Shown piece by piece: positions 16,663 to 25,245 of a stretch of DNA of 64,000 bases. The stretch's first letter is position 1. The number at the start of each line of letters is the position of its first letter. The DNA is from a virus: the IMG/VR virus record IMGVR_UViG_3300027909_000003. One strand, 5' to 3'. The position numbers were made by a program, and so were the translations under genes. Below the pieces are notes generated by a model. The model saw nothing but the letters and a program-made list of their open reading frames with translations. It ran no database searches and was not told where the DNA came from.

Positions 16663-17078
16663 TCGAATACAAGGAGCACTCCATCACGCCGGAGGGCGAA
16701 GGATTTCGTGTACGCAAGGGCGAGTTTGAAATGGCTCTGTGCCCAAACATGCCCGCGGCATACGAGTACATTGACGCACTCGAGATGATCGCGCGCTCCA
16801 TCGCGAAGCCACTTCGTGATGAGCCGGAGCGTTACGTCACCACGTCCTATGTGCGACAGTTCTTGACTCCAGCCGAGCAACGTGCTGCTGATCGTGCGGC
16901 ACACGAGAAGATCAACGCAGCTCTAGATCGCTGCGGCATTGAGCGCTTCAGCTTCTTGAATAAACCGCTGCCACGCGTCTTGTGTGCGTGGTGTAAGATG
17001 GTGATGGCCGAGGGTGTTGAGCCTGTGAGCCACGGAATTTGCCAAATATGTTTGGCAAGGCAACTGGAGGAACTGTGA
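16659..17078 (+). CDS. Hypothetical protein with a C-terminal Cys4-like motif
   Basis: 139 aa with an ATGA overlap. CAWCKMV...HGICQIC near the C-terminus. Confidence 0.55.
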   Translation: MIEYKEHSITPEGEGFRVRKGEFEMALCPNMPAAYEYIDALEMIARSIAKPLRDEPERYVTTSYVRQFLTPAEQRAADRAAHEKINAALDRCGIERFSFLNKPLPRVLCAWCKMVMAEGVEPVSHGICQICLARQLEEL

Positions 17079-17578
17079 ACTATCGTGGCGTCGGCAGTGG
17101 CCTAGCACAAGATCACGCTAAGGTTTGTGCCCAACTACTCGGCGTTGGTTTCCCAGCGCAGGAGGATGAACTCAAGCGAGCGTACCGTGAAAAGGCACGC
17201 GAGCACCATCCAGACAAGGGCGGCGACAGCCACATGTTTCGTCGCGTGAAGGAAGCATATGACTTTCTCAAGAACAACTCCTACCTGTGCATCGCTCCGC
17301 ACGCATCAGGCTGCGCAGGCAGAACAATTCAAGGAGACTTTCTGAGTGAGTTAGGCAAGGGTCTGGGACCACGAGTCAATGGCACAACATGTACAATGTG
17401 CGAAGGGCGTGGTTACTCGCAAGACCGTTGGTATGAGAAAATAACATACTACACTTGCTTCAAATGCAACGGCACGGGTGAAGTCGAGATGTTCAATCCA
17501 GTGCTACCCAAGTGGCGTCTTGGTCGCACAAAGCAAGGCAGCAAGCCACGAGAGAAGAAGCGACATGGACGATCTTGA
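17075..17578 (+). CDS. J-domain (DnaJ-like) co-chaperone with a CxxCxGxG zinc-finger region
   Basis: LKRAYREKAREHHPDKGGDSHMFRRVKEAYDFL carries the HPD tripeptide. Zinc-finger motifs CTMCEGRG and CFKCNGTG. Start trimmed to GTG at 17075 (GTGA overlap, ggagg upstream). Confidence 0.8.
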   Translation: MNYRGVGSGLAQDHAKVCAQLLGVGFPAQEDELKRAYREKAREHHPDKGGDSHMFRRVKEAYDFLKNNSYLCIAPHASGCAGRTIQGDFLSELGKGLGPRVNGTTCTMCEGRGYSQDRWYEKITYYTCFKCNGTGEVEMFNPVLPKWRLGRTKQGSKPREKKRHGRS

Positions 17579-17843
17579 TCTCATTCGTGAGCTGCTTGCT
17601 AATACCAATGTGCGAGTAGCTATCCGCCAATCCAATTCAGCGCTCAAGGCACAACGCGCCATTGGCAAGCCATTCATGATCCGAACCGAGAAGCGACGCA
17701 ATCGCTTCCAGTCAATCGCTCTTGTGAGCGGCACAATCGAGCGATGTGAAGTCATTGCGCCGTCTCAGTGGCACGTCTGGTTGAGATCGCCCAATGGCAA
17801 AGTCCTTCACGGTCCATTCGTCGTTCGTCAATTGCCGAGGTGA
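17565..17843 (+). CDS. Hypothetical small protein
   Basis: ORF 17478..17843 trimmed to ATG at 17565 (MDDLDLIRELL...). Confidence 0.5.
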   Translation: MDDLDLIRELLANTNVRVAIRQSNSALKAQRAIGKPFMIRTEKRRNRFQSIALVSGTIERCEVIAPSQWHVWLRSPNGKVLHGPFVVRQLPR

Positions 17844-18115
17844 TGATGCAACACAAAGTTGGAGATCGTGTTAGCCGTGAGGTCTACATGGACGATGGAA
17901 CATGGGCGCGCGAGGGGGATCAATGCCTGCCGCGCTCCCCACTCCGCTTCGGCACGATCATTTCAGTCGAGGTAGAAGGCTACTGGAGATATAGTGACAA
18001 CAGAGGATGGAGCAACATTCTCATGTACCGCGTTGCGTGGGATGATGGCCACCGTAGCGGTCGCTACTTCGAGCACGGAGTAACCGTATGTTCAGAACCC
18101 ACTGCGACACTGTGA
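17843..18115 (+). CDS. Hypothetical small protein
   Basis: ORF 17768..18115 trimmed to ATG at 17843 (TGATG overlap): MMQHKVGDRVS... Confidence 0.5.
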   Translation: MMQHKVGDRVSREVYMDDGTWAREGDQCLPRSPLRFGTIISVEVEGYWRYSDNRGWSNILMYRVAWDDGHRSGRYFEHGVTVCSEPTATL

Positions 18116-18297
18116 GGTGCAAGAACAAACCATCGTGGCGCGTCGTTCGTCACTACACAATCAAGTGCAGCACTGGTCGTGTCAAAGAGCTTCACACAGA
18201 CAAGGAACTGTGCAACGAACCAGGTTGCATCGGACACGCTCTTGATCAGATGTACGAACCAGAAACGATTCGCGGCACATGGGAGCGCATTCCATGA
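18088..18297 (+). CDS. Hypothetical Cys-rich small protein
   Basis: 69-aa ORF in operon register. Confidence 0.45.
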   Translation: MFRTHCDTVRCKNKPSWRVVRHYTIKCSTGRVKELHTDKELCNEPGCIGHALDQMYEPETIRGTWERIP

Positions 18298-19268
18298 GCA
18301 TACTGCGCGAAATTATGAGAGGTGTGCGTCTCGATCCGCGCAGTCTGTTTGATGGTGGCTTAGCAGAGACGCAGCAACTGCTTAATCAATCTCCGATCTG
18401 CATGGACGTCAGCAGACTCGTCCTGGCAGGAATCAACCTCACAGTTGGCGAGGAAAATGCCAAGCCACCATACCCGTTGGTCTGGCTCGAGGACATGCAC
18501 CCAGACGGTCCTTTCGTGTCTGAGGATTCAGAGAAACGAGTACAAGCAGGAACAACATTTGGTGCACTCATTCAAGCAGAGAATCAATCAATGTCTCAGC
18601 TCCGGGTCAGAGAGATTCTACACACCGCTCGCAGACTTGGAGAAGAGACATACCGCCGTCTGTCAGACATCCAACGCATAGCAGAACAACTAGACTGTGG
18701 CCTGTGGATTCGTGGCTACGTGGCCCGCGACAACGCACGCTTCATTGTCGAGTTGGGGCAGTGTTGGATCCCGCTCGACAGCAAAGGCAATGGCTTCCGT
18801 CGTGCCAATGGATATGTCGACAGTGAGCCTCAACTGTCAGAAGGTGCACTGCGTGCAATTGCTGTCAGTAGGAACATAGAGAAGCGTGACATCAACGACG
18901 AGCGTGCAGAGCACAATCTTGGCGTCATGGGTTCACGCGCACTGATTGCATTCTCTCTTCTCAATTGCAAGAATATCACGTTGCAGAAACGTGATGTGAA
19001 TGTGCGGCGCAATCGCAGACACGGCAAGACTGGCATCGAGTGGCGCGTGCTCCACATCAAGCATGGTGGAAGTAAGCGCACAACCGTTGCAGCAACTGTT
19101 GAGAGTGATCGCCTCACACGCGCACACCTTGTACGCGGACACTTCAAAACATACACAGAGGACAAGCCGCTGCTCGGGCATGCAGTGGGGAGGTTTTGGT
19201 GGTCGCCAAATGTGCGTGGCAATCCTGAGCGTGGCGCCATCATCAAAGACTACGAGATTGGCAAATGA
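18294..19268 (+). CDS. Hypothetical protein (324 aa)
   Basis: ORF trimmed to ATG at 18294 (ATGA overlap). Basic C-terminal region (RRNRRHGKTGIEWRVLHIKHGG...HLVRGHFKTY...WWSPNVRG); family not recognised. Confidence 0.6.
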   Translation: MSILREIMRGVRLDPRSLFDGGLAETQQLLNQSPICMDVSRLVLAGINLTVGEENAKPPYPLVWLEDMHPDGPFVSEDSEKRVQAGTTFGALIQAENQSMSQLRVREILHTARRLGEETYRRLSDIQRIAEQLDCGLWIRGYVARDNARFIVELGQCWIPLDSKGNGFRRANGYVDSEPQLSEGALRAIAVSRNIEKRDINDERAEHNLGVMGSRALIAFSLLNCKNITLQKRDVNVRRNRRHGKTGIEWRVLHIKHGGSKRTTVAATVESDRLTRAHLVRGHFKTYTEDKPLLGHAVGRFWWSPNVRGNPERGAIIKDYEIGK

Positions 19269-19555
19269 GGTACACACTAGACCGATTGCGTTGCTTCGGA
19301 GAGTCTTGTTTCGTTCAAGCGGTGAACGGAGCACGAACATTTGAAGATGGCGGCCCAGCATACTTCATCACCTTGATTGAGAAGCGTGACAATGTGCCAC
19401 TGTTCCGCGTCTCATATAGCGACGGCATCAATGGTCCATTGCAAAAAGATGGTTCATGGTTGCTGCTTGGTGAGAATGTAAATTTCCTACCAGCACGCAG
19501 TATCATACGCAGTCACTTTCAATCCACGTACGAAGAGTTGAACAAGAGGACCTGA
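19265..19555 (+). CDS. Hypothetical protein
   Basis: 96-aa ORF with an ATGA overlap. Confidence 0.5.
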   Translation: MRYTLDRLRCFGESCFVQAVNGARTFEDGGPAYFITLIEKRDNVPLFRVSYSDGINGPLQKDGSWLLLGENVNFLPARSIIRSHFQSTYEELNKRT

Positions 19556-19731
19556 TGGACGCTGCAGTACTGATGGCAAAGAAGGGTCACGACGCAGACA
19601 TCGGCTACACGAATGATGATGATGGTCTTCACATTTGGTGCTCTTGTGGAGAAGACATCCCCATGGGGCATGACTATGGGCTAGACACAATCATAGCAAC
19701 TTACAACAAGCACGTAGAAGAGAAGCAATGA
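19555..19731 (+). CDS. Hypothetical small protein (58 aa)
   Basis: Below the ORF-track cut-off. Manual translation: MDAAVLMAKKGHDADIGYTNDDDGLHIWCSCGEDIPMGHDYGLDTIIATYNKHVEEKQ. TGATG and ATGA overlaps at the two ends. Confidence 0.5.
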   Translation: MDAAVLMAKKGHDADIGYTNDDDGLHIWCSCGEDIPMGHDYGLDTIIATYNKHVEEKQ

Positions 19732-20501
19732 TTCACATCACTCATGACGGCTTCCACACTCTGTGTGGCATGACCCAGTTCAAAGTCGGCACAATCATCA
19801 TGGTGGCCATGGTGACACCGAAGGAAGCATTCGCTGTTGCACAGCACACAGATCACGGTGAGCATATTTTTCCCAGCGACGTCTGGTGCCAGAACTGCAT
19901 TGGCTCCATGACGGGTGACAGCCCTAGGCGCGCGGAACCGGCCCAGCCCCTACCGGCGCCCCCGCCGGCCGCCGTAGCGGGCCTACCGGCGCCGGCTATA
20001 GGCCCCGGCGCTGGCGCCCCGGTAGGCCCTACGCCCACGCGGCCGACGCCGCCCTTACCCGGCGCCCCCCTATGGCCCGCCGGCCAGCCGGCGCCCCCGC
20101 CGGGCGAGGCTTCTGTCTTGGGTGGCGTGCTGCGCTTTGTGTTCGACGAGGATTGGGGGCCAGCAGGACCTCGACTGATTGAAGTTGAGGATGGGCATGG
20201 ACGTGGCATCAATGCTGGTGAGTGGCGCCACGAGCCTCCCTACTGGGTGCTCTACATTCCAGATTCTGCGCCGGCAGAATGGCAAGCCGAAATTGAAGAG
20301 ATTCGTCGTGATGAATTTCAACGGAGAGAAGAATATCAACGAGCACTCGCGCCTTGCGCACAATTGCTGCTGAGAGCAGAAGAGCTACTCGCCAGTGCAC
20401 AGCATGGCAATGCAGACGATAAGTGGCGGCGCGATGTGAGCGACTACTTCTCTGATCACGAGCGTGGCGTTGTGATCAAGACTATCAGAGAATCTACATG
20501 A
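19728..20501 (+). CDS. Hypothetical protein with an internal Pro/Ala/Gly low-complexity insert
   Basis: 257-aa ORF. Residues ~65-128 (SPRRAEPAQPLPAPPPAAVAGLPAPAIGPGAGAPVGPTPTRPTPPLPGAPLWPAGQPAPPPGEA) are encoded by a GC-rich island. Confidence 0.6.
   Translation: MIHITHDGFHTLCGMTQFKVGTIIMVAMVTPKEAFAVAQHTDHGEHIFPSDVWCQNCIGSMTGDSPRRAEPAQPLPAPPPAAVAGLPAPAIGPGAGAPVGPTPTRPTPPLPGAPLWPAGQPAPPPGEASVLGGVLRFVFDEDWGPAGPRLIEVEDGHGRGINAGEWRHEPPYWVLYIPDSAPAEWQAEIEEIRRDEFQRREEYQRALAPCAQLLLRAEELLASAQHGNADDKWRRDVSDYFSDHERGVVIKTIREST
19918..20109. repeat. GC-rich TA-punctuated island (family member D), in frame inside a CDS
   Basis: gccctaggcgcgcgg...cccctaccgg...cgtagcgggcctaccgg...ctataggcc...ggtaggccctacgcc..., with CCTAGG at 19923-19928. 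Shares the 12-mer gccctaggcgcg with island E. Confidence 0.6.
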
Positions 20502-20695
20502 GCGATCAGAAACTTCCAAAGAAGATGAATCGTCGTGATGCGCTCACAGAGCTAAAGCGCATCAACATTCAGATGCGCTGCGATCCAGAGTCTGCACACT
20601 TTTACGCAGATCGAGTTCTCATGGCGCTGTTGCTTGACTTTGGTTGCCGAGCAGTGGTGAATGAATTCAATTCAATCAAGAAGTATTATGCATGA
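20498..20695 (+). CDS. Hypothetical small protein
   Basis: 65-aa ORF with an ATGA overlap. Confidence 0.5.
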   Translation: MSDQKLPKKMNRRDALTELKRINIQMRCDPESAHFYADRVLMALLLDFGCRAVVNEFNSIKKYYA

Positions 20696-20865
20696 AAATT
20701 CCTGCAAACACAACTACGGATGATCTTCTGGAATGGCTAGAGAGCCTTGACTTTGAAGATCTTGTGCTCATTCTCCAGGTCATAGATTCCAACTACTGCA
20801 TGAGTTGCTACGACGAAAGAGAGCGCGATACTGGAAAATGCTTCACGTGTGGAGCACCAATATGA
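20692..20865 (+). CDS. Hypothetical small protein (57 aa) with CxxC...CxxC
   Basis: Below the cut-off. Manual translation: MKIPANTTTDDLLEWLESLDFEDLVLILQVIDSNYCMSCYDERERDTGKCFTCGAPI. ATGA overlaps at both ends. Confidence 0.5.
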   Translation: MKIPANTTTDDLLEWLESLDFEDLVLILQVIDSNYCMSCYDERERDTGKCFTCGAPI

Positions 20866-21074
20866 GTGGATGGAATCTTCCACCCGGAGTATCGGTTCAT
20901 GATATTCCTGGCAACGAAGTCGACGACGATGGCGACTTCTGTAACCACTGCGGCAGTGATTTGCGACCGCAATCCCCCGAGTCACTCAAGGCACAACTTG
21001 ACGAATTGCTCACAGCACCACTCCATCGTGTGCTTGAGCTGAGAGCGAACCACAGGAACAAACGATGCGAATAA
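20862..21074 (+). CDS. Hypothetical small protein
   Basis: ORF 20805..21074 trimmed to ATG at 20862 (MSGWNLPPGVS...CNHCG...). Confidence 0.5.
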   Translation: MSGWNLPPGVSVHDIPGNEVDDDGDFCNHCGSDLRPQSPESLKAQLDELLTAPLHRVLELRANHRNKRCE

Positions 21075-21298
21075 TCCAACGCAGAGAGCTGATCAAGACT
21101 TATGCGTATTCGATTCAAGACGTCAATGAAGAGTCGATCGAACCAATGATGAGACAGATCATCAAAGAGAGCAAAGATAGCGTAGAGACGGAAACAGGAT
21201 TCGTTTCTGCATACATCGGCAGGAAGTCTGCACAGATCCAAACCACAGGACTCTACCTTTACAGTGTTACTATTGAAGTGTGGCGAACGATACCATGA
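21065..21298 (+). CDS. Hypothetical small protein
   Basis: 77-aa ORF in register. Confidence 0.45.
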   Translation: MRIIQRRELIKTYAYSIQDVNEESIEPMMRQIIKESKDSVETETGFVSAYIGRKSAQIQTTGLYLYSVTIEVWRTIP

Positions 21299-21846
21299 GC
21301 AAGTACAGCAATCTGATCTTTGTCGACTGCGAGGCTATCGGTCTAGGCTGCCCAAGCATGGGGCTGATGACCGAGTTCGGTGCAGTGCACTATGATACGC
21401 GCTTCGCCCATCACGGAATCGTGATGCCCCACAAGGAGCACGAGCATCTAGTCGGCGAGCCCGTACCGGAAATCCTGCGGACGAAGCACACACATGATCT
21501 TCCCATTCACATGATCGCTTTCAACCAGTGGCTTCACTCCCTGTCAACAGGCGCCATGCCGGCAAAGTGGGATCGTGGTAGACCATGGCGCTGGACTCTT
21601 GTAAGCGACAACCCTGCGTTCGATTGGCAATGGATCAACGATGCATTCTTGCGATGCTTTGGACACAATCCGTTCGGCTTCTCCGCCAGGCGCATTGGCG
21701 ATTTCTACGCAGGCCTCGCCAATGACTTCTCCAAGGCGACCGACTGGAAGTCTCTTCGCGTCACAAAGCACGATCACAATCCTGTCAACGATGCCATGGG
21801 TAACTGCGAAGCATTCGAGCGAATGCTGAATGGAGAGCGAGTATGA
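21295..21846 (+). CDS. DEDDh-type 3'-5' exonuclease-like protein
   Basis: Trimmed to ATG at 21295. Exo motifs LIFVDCEAIG (DxE), VSDNPAFDWQWI and HNPVNDAMGN (H-x4-D). Confidence 0.6.
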   Translation: MSKYSNLIFVDCEAIGLGCPSMGLMTEFGAVHYDTRFAHHGIVMPHKEHEHLVGEPVPEILRTKHTHDLPIHMIAFNQWLHSLSTGAMPAKWDRGRPWRWTLVSDNPAFDWQWINDAFLRCFGHNPFGFSARRIGDFYAGLANDFSKATDWKSLRVTKHDHNPVNDAMGNCEAFERMLNGERV

Positions 21847-22595
21847 TTCCTGCTTCAAAGTTTGAAATTGGTCAAACAGTTTTCAAGAGTGGCATACAGT
21901 CTTACACCGAGGGAACCATTTGCCCAGATTGCAAGGGCAGCGGTCAGTGGAAGGTTATGACTCCTGCCGGCGACGAATTCAACACAGTGTGCCAACGGTG
22001 CAGTAGTTTTTCACGAGCCGAATTGCCCCCGCTGGGGCGCACTGTATGGGTCCCCCTCGTCAGACAATTGACCATCGGATCAATCAAGATGGACACCGCA
22101 GTGCAGCCCGACTGGGGCAACAGAGAACTCTTCTCGTACATGTGCGAGGAGACTGGTGTTGGTAGTGGCAGCATCTACTGGGAGTCTCAACTACACGCTA
22201 CTGAGGAAGAGGCACAAAGAACGTCTGAAATAGAAGTAGCACTCAAGCAACAAGAGCAAGACGCAAAGCAAGACGAACAGATCATTCGAAACTTCAGCCA
22301 TCTAACAATTCGTGATGCCACAATCGAATCCGCTAAGCACGCCATCTGGGACTCATGGTATGCTTACCATGCTCTCTACGAAGATGTGGAGGCAGCCGCA
22401 AAAGACGATCAAAAGTTAAGGGATGTGCTTGATGCTCGTCGTTTCAGAACTGCCACCCTTGGTGAACGGCTTGTCAATGCAGTTGATGCAGTTCTCAGGA
22501 GCGATTCTGATGTCCAGACAGCAGCGATGGAAGAATTGATCGCTGCACGAGGAGAACTAGCAAAGGCACTGGAAAGGAAAACCAATGCCCAGTGA
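21843..22595 (+). CDS. Hypothetical protein with an N-terminal zinc ribbon (CPDCKGSG...CQRC) and a coiled-coil C-terminus
   Basis: 250-aa ORF with an ATGA overlap and a CxxCxGxG-type motif. Confidence 0.6.
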   Translation: MIPASKFEIGQTVFKSGIQSYTEGTICPDCKGSGQWKVMTPAGDEFNTVCQRCSSFSRAELPPLGRTVWVPLVRQLTIGSIKMDTAVQPDWGNRELFSYMCEETGVGSGSIYWESQLHATEEEAQRTSEIEVALKQQEQDAKQDEQIIRNFSHLTIRDATIESAKHAIWDSWYAYHALYEDVEAAAKDDQKLRDVLDARRFRTATLGERLVNAVDAVLRSDSDVQTAAMEELIAARGELAKALERKTNAQ

Positions 22596-22851
22596 GTATG
22601 GTCCCATCCCACAAGATTGGACTTCGCATCCTCGTCGACCGCTAGAGGTCGGCATGGAGATTCGCGTTGGCAACGCAAAGCCGATGGTCGTGGTACGAGT
22701 CAGTCCTGCTGGTACCACAGTCGAGCTAGCAAACGGGTGGCACGCTGTTATCTCTACACACTCAGAAGTGGAGTATAGGCAAGCAACCAAACGCCCATCT
22801 GAAGTTGCAGTAACTTCAGAGGAGGATCAAGATGCTCGCGAAGCTATTTGA
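22585..22851 (+). CDS. Hypothetical small protein
   Basis: 88-aa ORF in register. Confidence 0.5.
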   Translation: MPSEYGPIPQDWTSHPRRPLEVGMEIRVGNAKPMVVVRVSPAGTTVELANGWHAVISTHSEVEYRQATKRPSEVAVTSEEDQDAREAI

Positions 22852-23224
22852 GGTTAGAGACAGGGCAACATTCATTCCGGTCATCGCAGTGCATCTTGCG
22901 CCGACAACGCCAATCATATGCAACCGTAACTTGCTTGAACTGCCATCTGACCATCCAGCAGAACTCTATCTACTCAATGTGTTGGGCTACAGTGGCGGTC
23001 AACGAACCGACTTCACTCCATACATTCTCTTAGCAAGAGCGAGTTGCGGAGACGCACATTACGATCCAAACCATTGGATGGATCGTACAATGAAGACGGC
23101 ACACAAATACATCACAGAGAACTGGATCCAGATCAACTCAGGAGACGTGGTCGACGTTGAATTCATTCTAGGAGAAACTACAGAACCAAAAAAGTCTCAA
23201 CGCCATGAGCAATTTTTCGTCTAG
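22832..23224 (+). CDS. Hypothetical protein
   Basis: 130-aa ORF in register. Confidence 0.5.
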   Translation: MLAKLFEVRDRATFIPVIAVHLAPTTPIICNRNLLELPSDHPAELYLLNVLGYSGGQRTDFTPYILLARASCGDAHYDPNHWMDRTMKTAHKYITENWIQINSGDVVDVEFILGETTEPKKSQRHEQFFV

Positions 23225-23326
23225 AAAGGAGAAGTCAATGCGGTACGTCGCAGCAGTGGTCGTCGGTAGAGGCGCAGTTGTAACGCGCGCCTGGTTCGCT
23301 CTAGCCGCGAAGAAGTGGAGCACTAA

Positions 23327-23698
23327 GTGAACGCCGCAATCCTAGTTGCCATCGCTGTCGTCGTCGCGGCTATAGTGGTCGACATAATCAGAGACGCCAC
23401 GAGGAAGCTGCCGCCAGAGCTGCCACCAGGCGACAACACATACAGCTCAGTCATGCGCCGATGCTCCATCAAGAGCTGCGGCGCCCTCTACACACACCCA
23501 AACCCGCGCGTCAAGCGCTGCGCCATCCACGCCGGCACCGCGTGCCGCTGCGGCTACGCCAAGCAGAAGTGGCAACCTGACTGCGGCAGAATCGGTGACT
23601 CAGGCGACAGCAGGGATTCTTGTGATTACGCAGTGGCGAACCGAAACAAGATGTCAAAGTCCAAAGTCGTAACCAACTTTAGAAAGGCGGCAAAATGA
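23327..23698 (+). CDS. Membrane-anchored Cys-rich small protein
   Basis: N-terminal TM segment (NAAILVAIAVVVAAIVVDII) followed by a Cys-rich region. GTG start. Confidence 0.5.
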   Translation: MNAAILVAIAVVVAAIVVDIIRDATRKLPPELPPGDNTYSSVMRRCSIKSCGALYTHPNPRVKRCAIHAGTACRCGYAKQKWQPDCGRIGDSGDSRDSCDYAVANRNKMSKSKVVTNFRKAAK

Positions 23699-24696
23699 TG
23701 CGAAGGAAAATCGTCACTCCAATCTACAGCGAGGGGAGCGAGCAACTGATGAATAGCAAGAAGTCGTACAGGTCGCCGTGGCCTCTGATCGCCATCGCGG
23801 CGTTCTTCGCGCTGCTCTCGATCTGCATGTTGGTTGCCATCGCACGAGCACAGGCGACGCTGCAGCCGACACAGGGCCACGCCGTTTACGCGCAAGGATT
23901 CAAGTGGGCGCTGTGTGTCGATCACTTCGAGGATCGACCAGTCGGGTGCGACCCATCAGTACAACGAGGTCAAGGGCTGCCCAATGCGTGTACGGGTACG
24001 GTGACGTTCTATGTCTCGCGACCGGCCAACCCTAACGCGGTGCTGGCGGACGATAGGTACGGCAAGCCGTGTAAAGGGAGTCGTGGAGGTGAGATCGCAT
24101 CGTGCGCCGATATCGAACCATGGGGAAGGTCAACTGAGAACCCATTGAACCTTGTCAACAACACGCACTGGAACTGCGACAAGAACGACCTACCCTACTT
24201 CTACAACAGTCCACAACCGTCGATACCTAGCCCCAATGCGTCTGGTAGCACAGCGTACGAGCACTATGACAGGATCGCGCGGGCATGGGCGGCGAGCCAG
24301 CAACCGCCGACTAACCCGACGCCTACGCCGACGACATCGCCTACACCGCCGCCAAACGTCTGCCTGACCGGGCAGTGTATACCTGAGTGCCCGCAGAACT
24401 GCCCGCCAGCGACTACGCCATCGCCATCGCTGCCACCACCGCAACCAACCCCTACGGCGACCCCTGTGACGACACCGCCAACGGTAGTCTGCCCTTCACC
24501 TACACCGTGCCCGGCTTGCCCCCAGCCATTGCCGTGTCCTGTGTTCGACGCCATGCCGGCAAAGGTGCGTGCGACGATCAACAGGGGCTTGAACCAGATC
24601 GGCAAGGGGCACGCGGCAGACAGGGACGCGGCGAAAGCGTGGATGGCAGCACACCCGGATATCAGGACGCCGAGAAGCAGTGGCGGTGGACAGTGA
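23695..24696 (+). CDS. Secreted or membrane-anchored protein with a Cys-rich domain and Pro/Thr-rich linkers
   Basis: Signal anchor WPLIAIAAFFALLSICMLVAIARAQA, 10+ Cys, and PTNPTPTPTTSPTPPPN and PPPQPTPTATPVTTPPT tracts. Confidence 0.65.
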   Translation: MMRRKIVTPIYSEGSEQLMNSKKSYRSPWPLIAIAAFFALLSICMLVAIARAQATLQPTQGHAVYAQGFKWALCVDHFEDRPVGCDPSVQRGQGLPNACTGTVTFYVSRPANPNAVLADDRYGKPCKGSRGGEIASCADIEPWGRSTENPLNLVNNTHWNCDKNDLPYFYNSPQPSIPSPNASGSTAYEHYDRIARAWAASQQPPTNPTPTPTTSPTPPPNVCLTGQCIPECPQNCPPATTPSPSLPPPQPTPTATPVTTPPTVVCPSPTPCPACPQPLPCPVFDAMPAKVRATINRGLNQIGKGHAADRDAAKAWMAAHPDIRTPRSSGGGQ

Positions 24697-25231
24697 GCGC
24701 CTCGGCGCGGGGCCGGGGGTGCGCGCCGTGAGCCATCCAGTATTCGCGCTGCCGAAGCGAGCGCGCTACGTGGACGCCGAGAGCAACGCCGGCATGGTGA
24801 TCTGCGTCAGCGGCGCCGTGCTGGCTGGCCCGCTCGGCTGGGTCGGCCCGCTCGTGGCGGCCCTAGGCGTCCTGATCGTCGCGCACGCGAACGAGCGGTG
24901 GTGGCTGTGGTATCGAGCTGCCAACCGCGCAGTTCGTGAGGCCACGCCCGCCTCGCCGAAGGGAGGGCCGAATAGCCCGCCCGCGCTTCCGTCTCAAGAG
25001 CGGGAGCTAATCGAGTTGATGTTCAGGTGCTTCGACGCACTGCGCCGCGCGGGCTGGATGGATGCCATGTACGCGCCGAGAGATGGGAGCGAATTGGAAG
25101 TGATCGAAGCGGGGTCAACCGGGATTCACAAGGCCACGCGAGACGGCATGGGGGCCTTTTGGGTCGCTGACGAGTTCGACCTTTGGCCATCGCGACCGGT
25201 GCTCTTCAGAGCGAAGGCAAAGTCAACTTGA
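24680..25231 (+). CDS. Hypothetical membrane protein (start uncertain)
   Basis: Two hydrophobic segments (GMVICVSGAVLAGPLGWVGPLVAALGVLIVAHA). GC-rich; alternative GTG starts at 24686 and 24728. Confidence 0.45.
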   Translation: MAVDSERLGAGPGVRAVSHPVFALPKRARYVDAESNAGMVICVSGAVLAGPLGWVGPLVAALGVLIVAHANERWWLWYRAANRAVREATPASPKGGPNSPPALPSQERELIELMFRCFDALRRAGWMDAMYAPRDGSELEVIEAGSTGIHKATRDGMGAFWVADEFDLWPSRPVLFRAKAKST

Positions 25232-25245
25232 GGCCCCAGGCCGGC

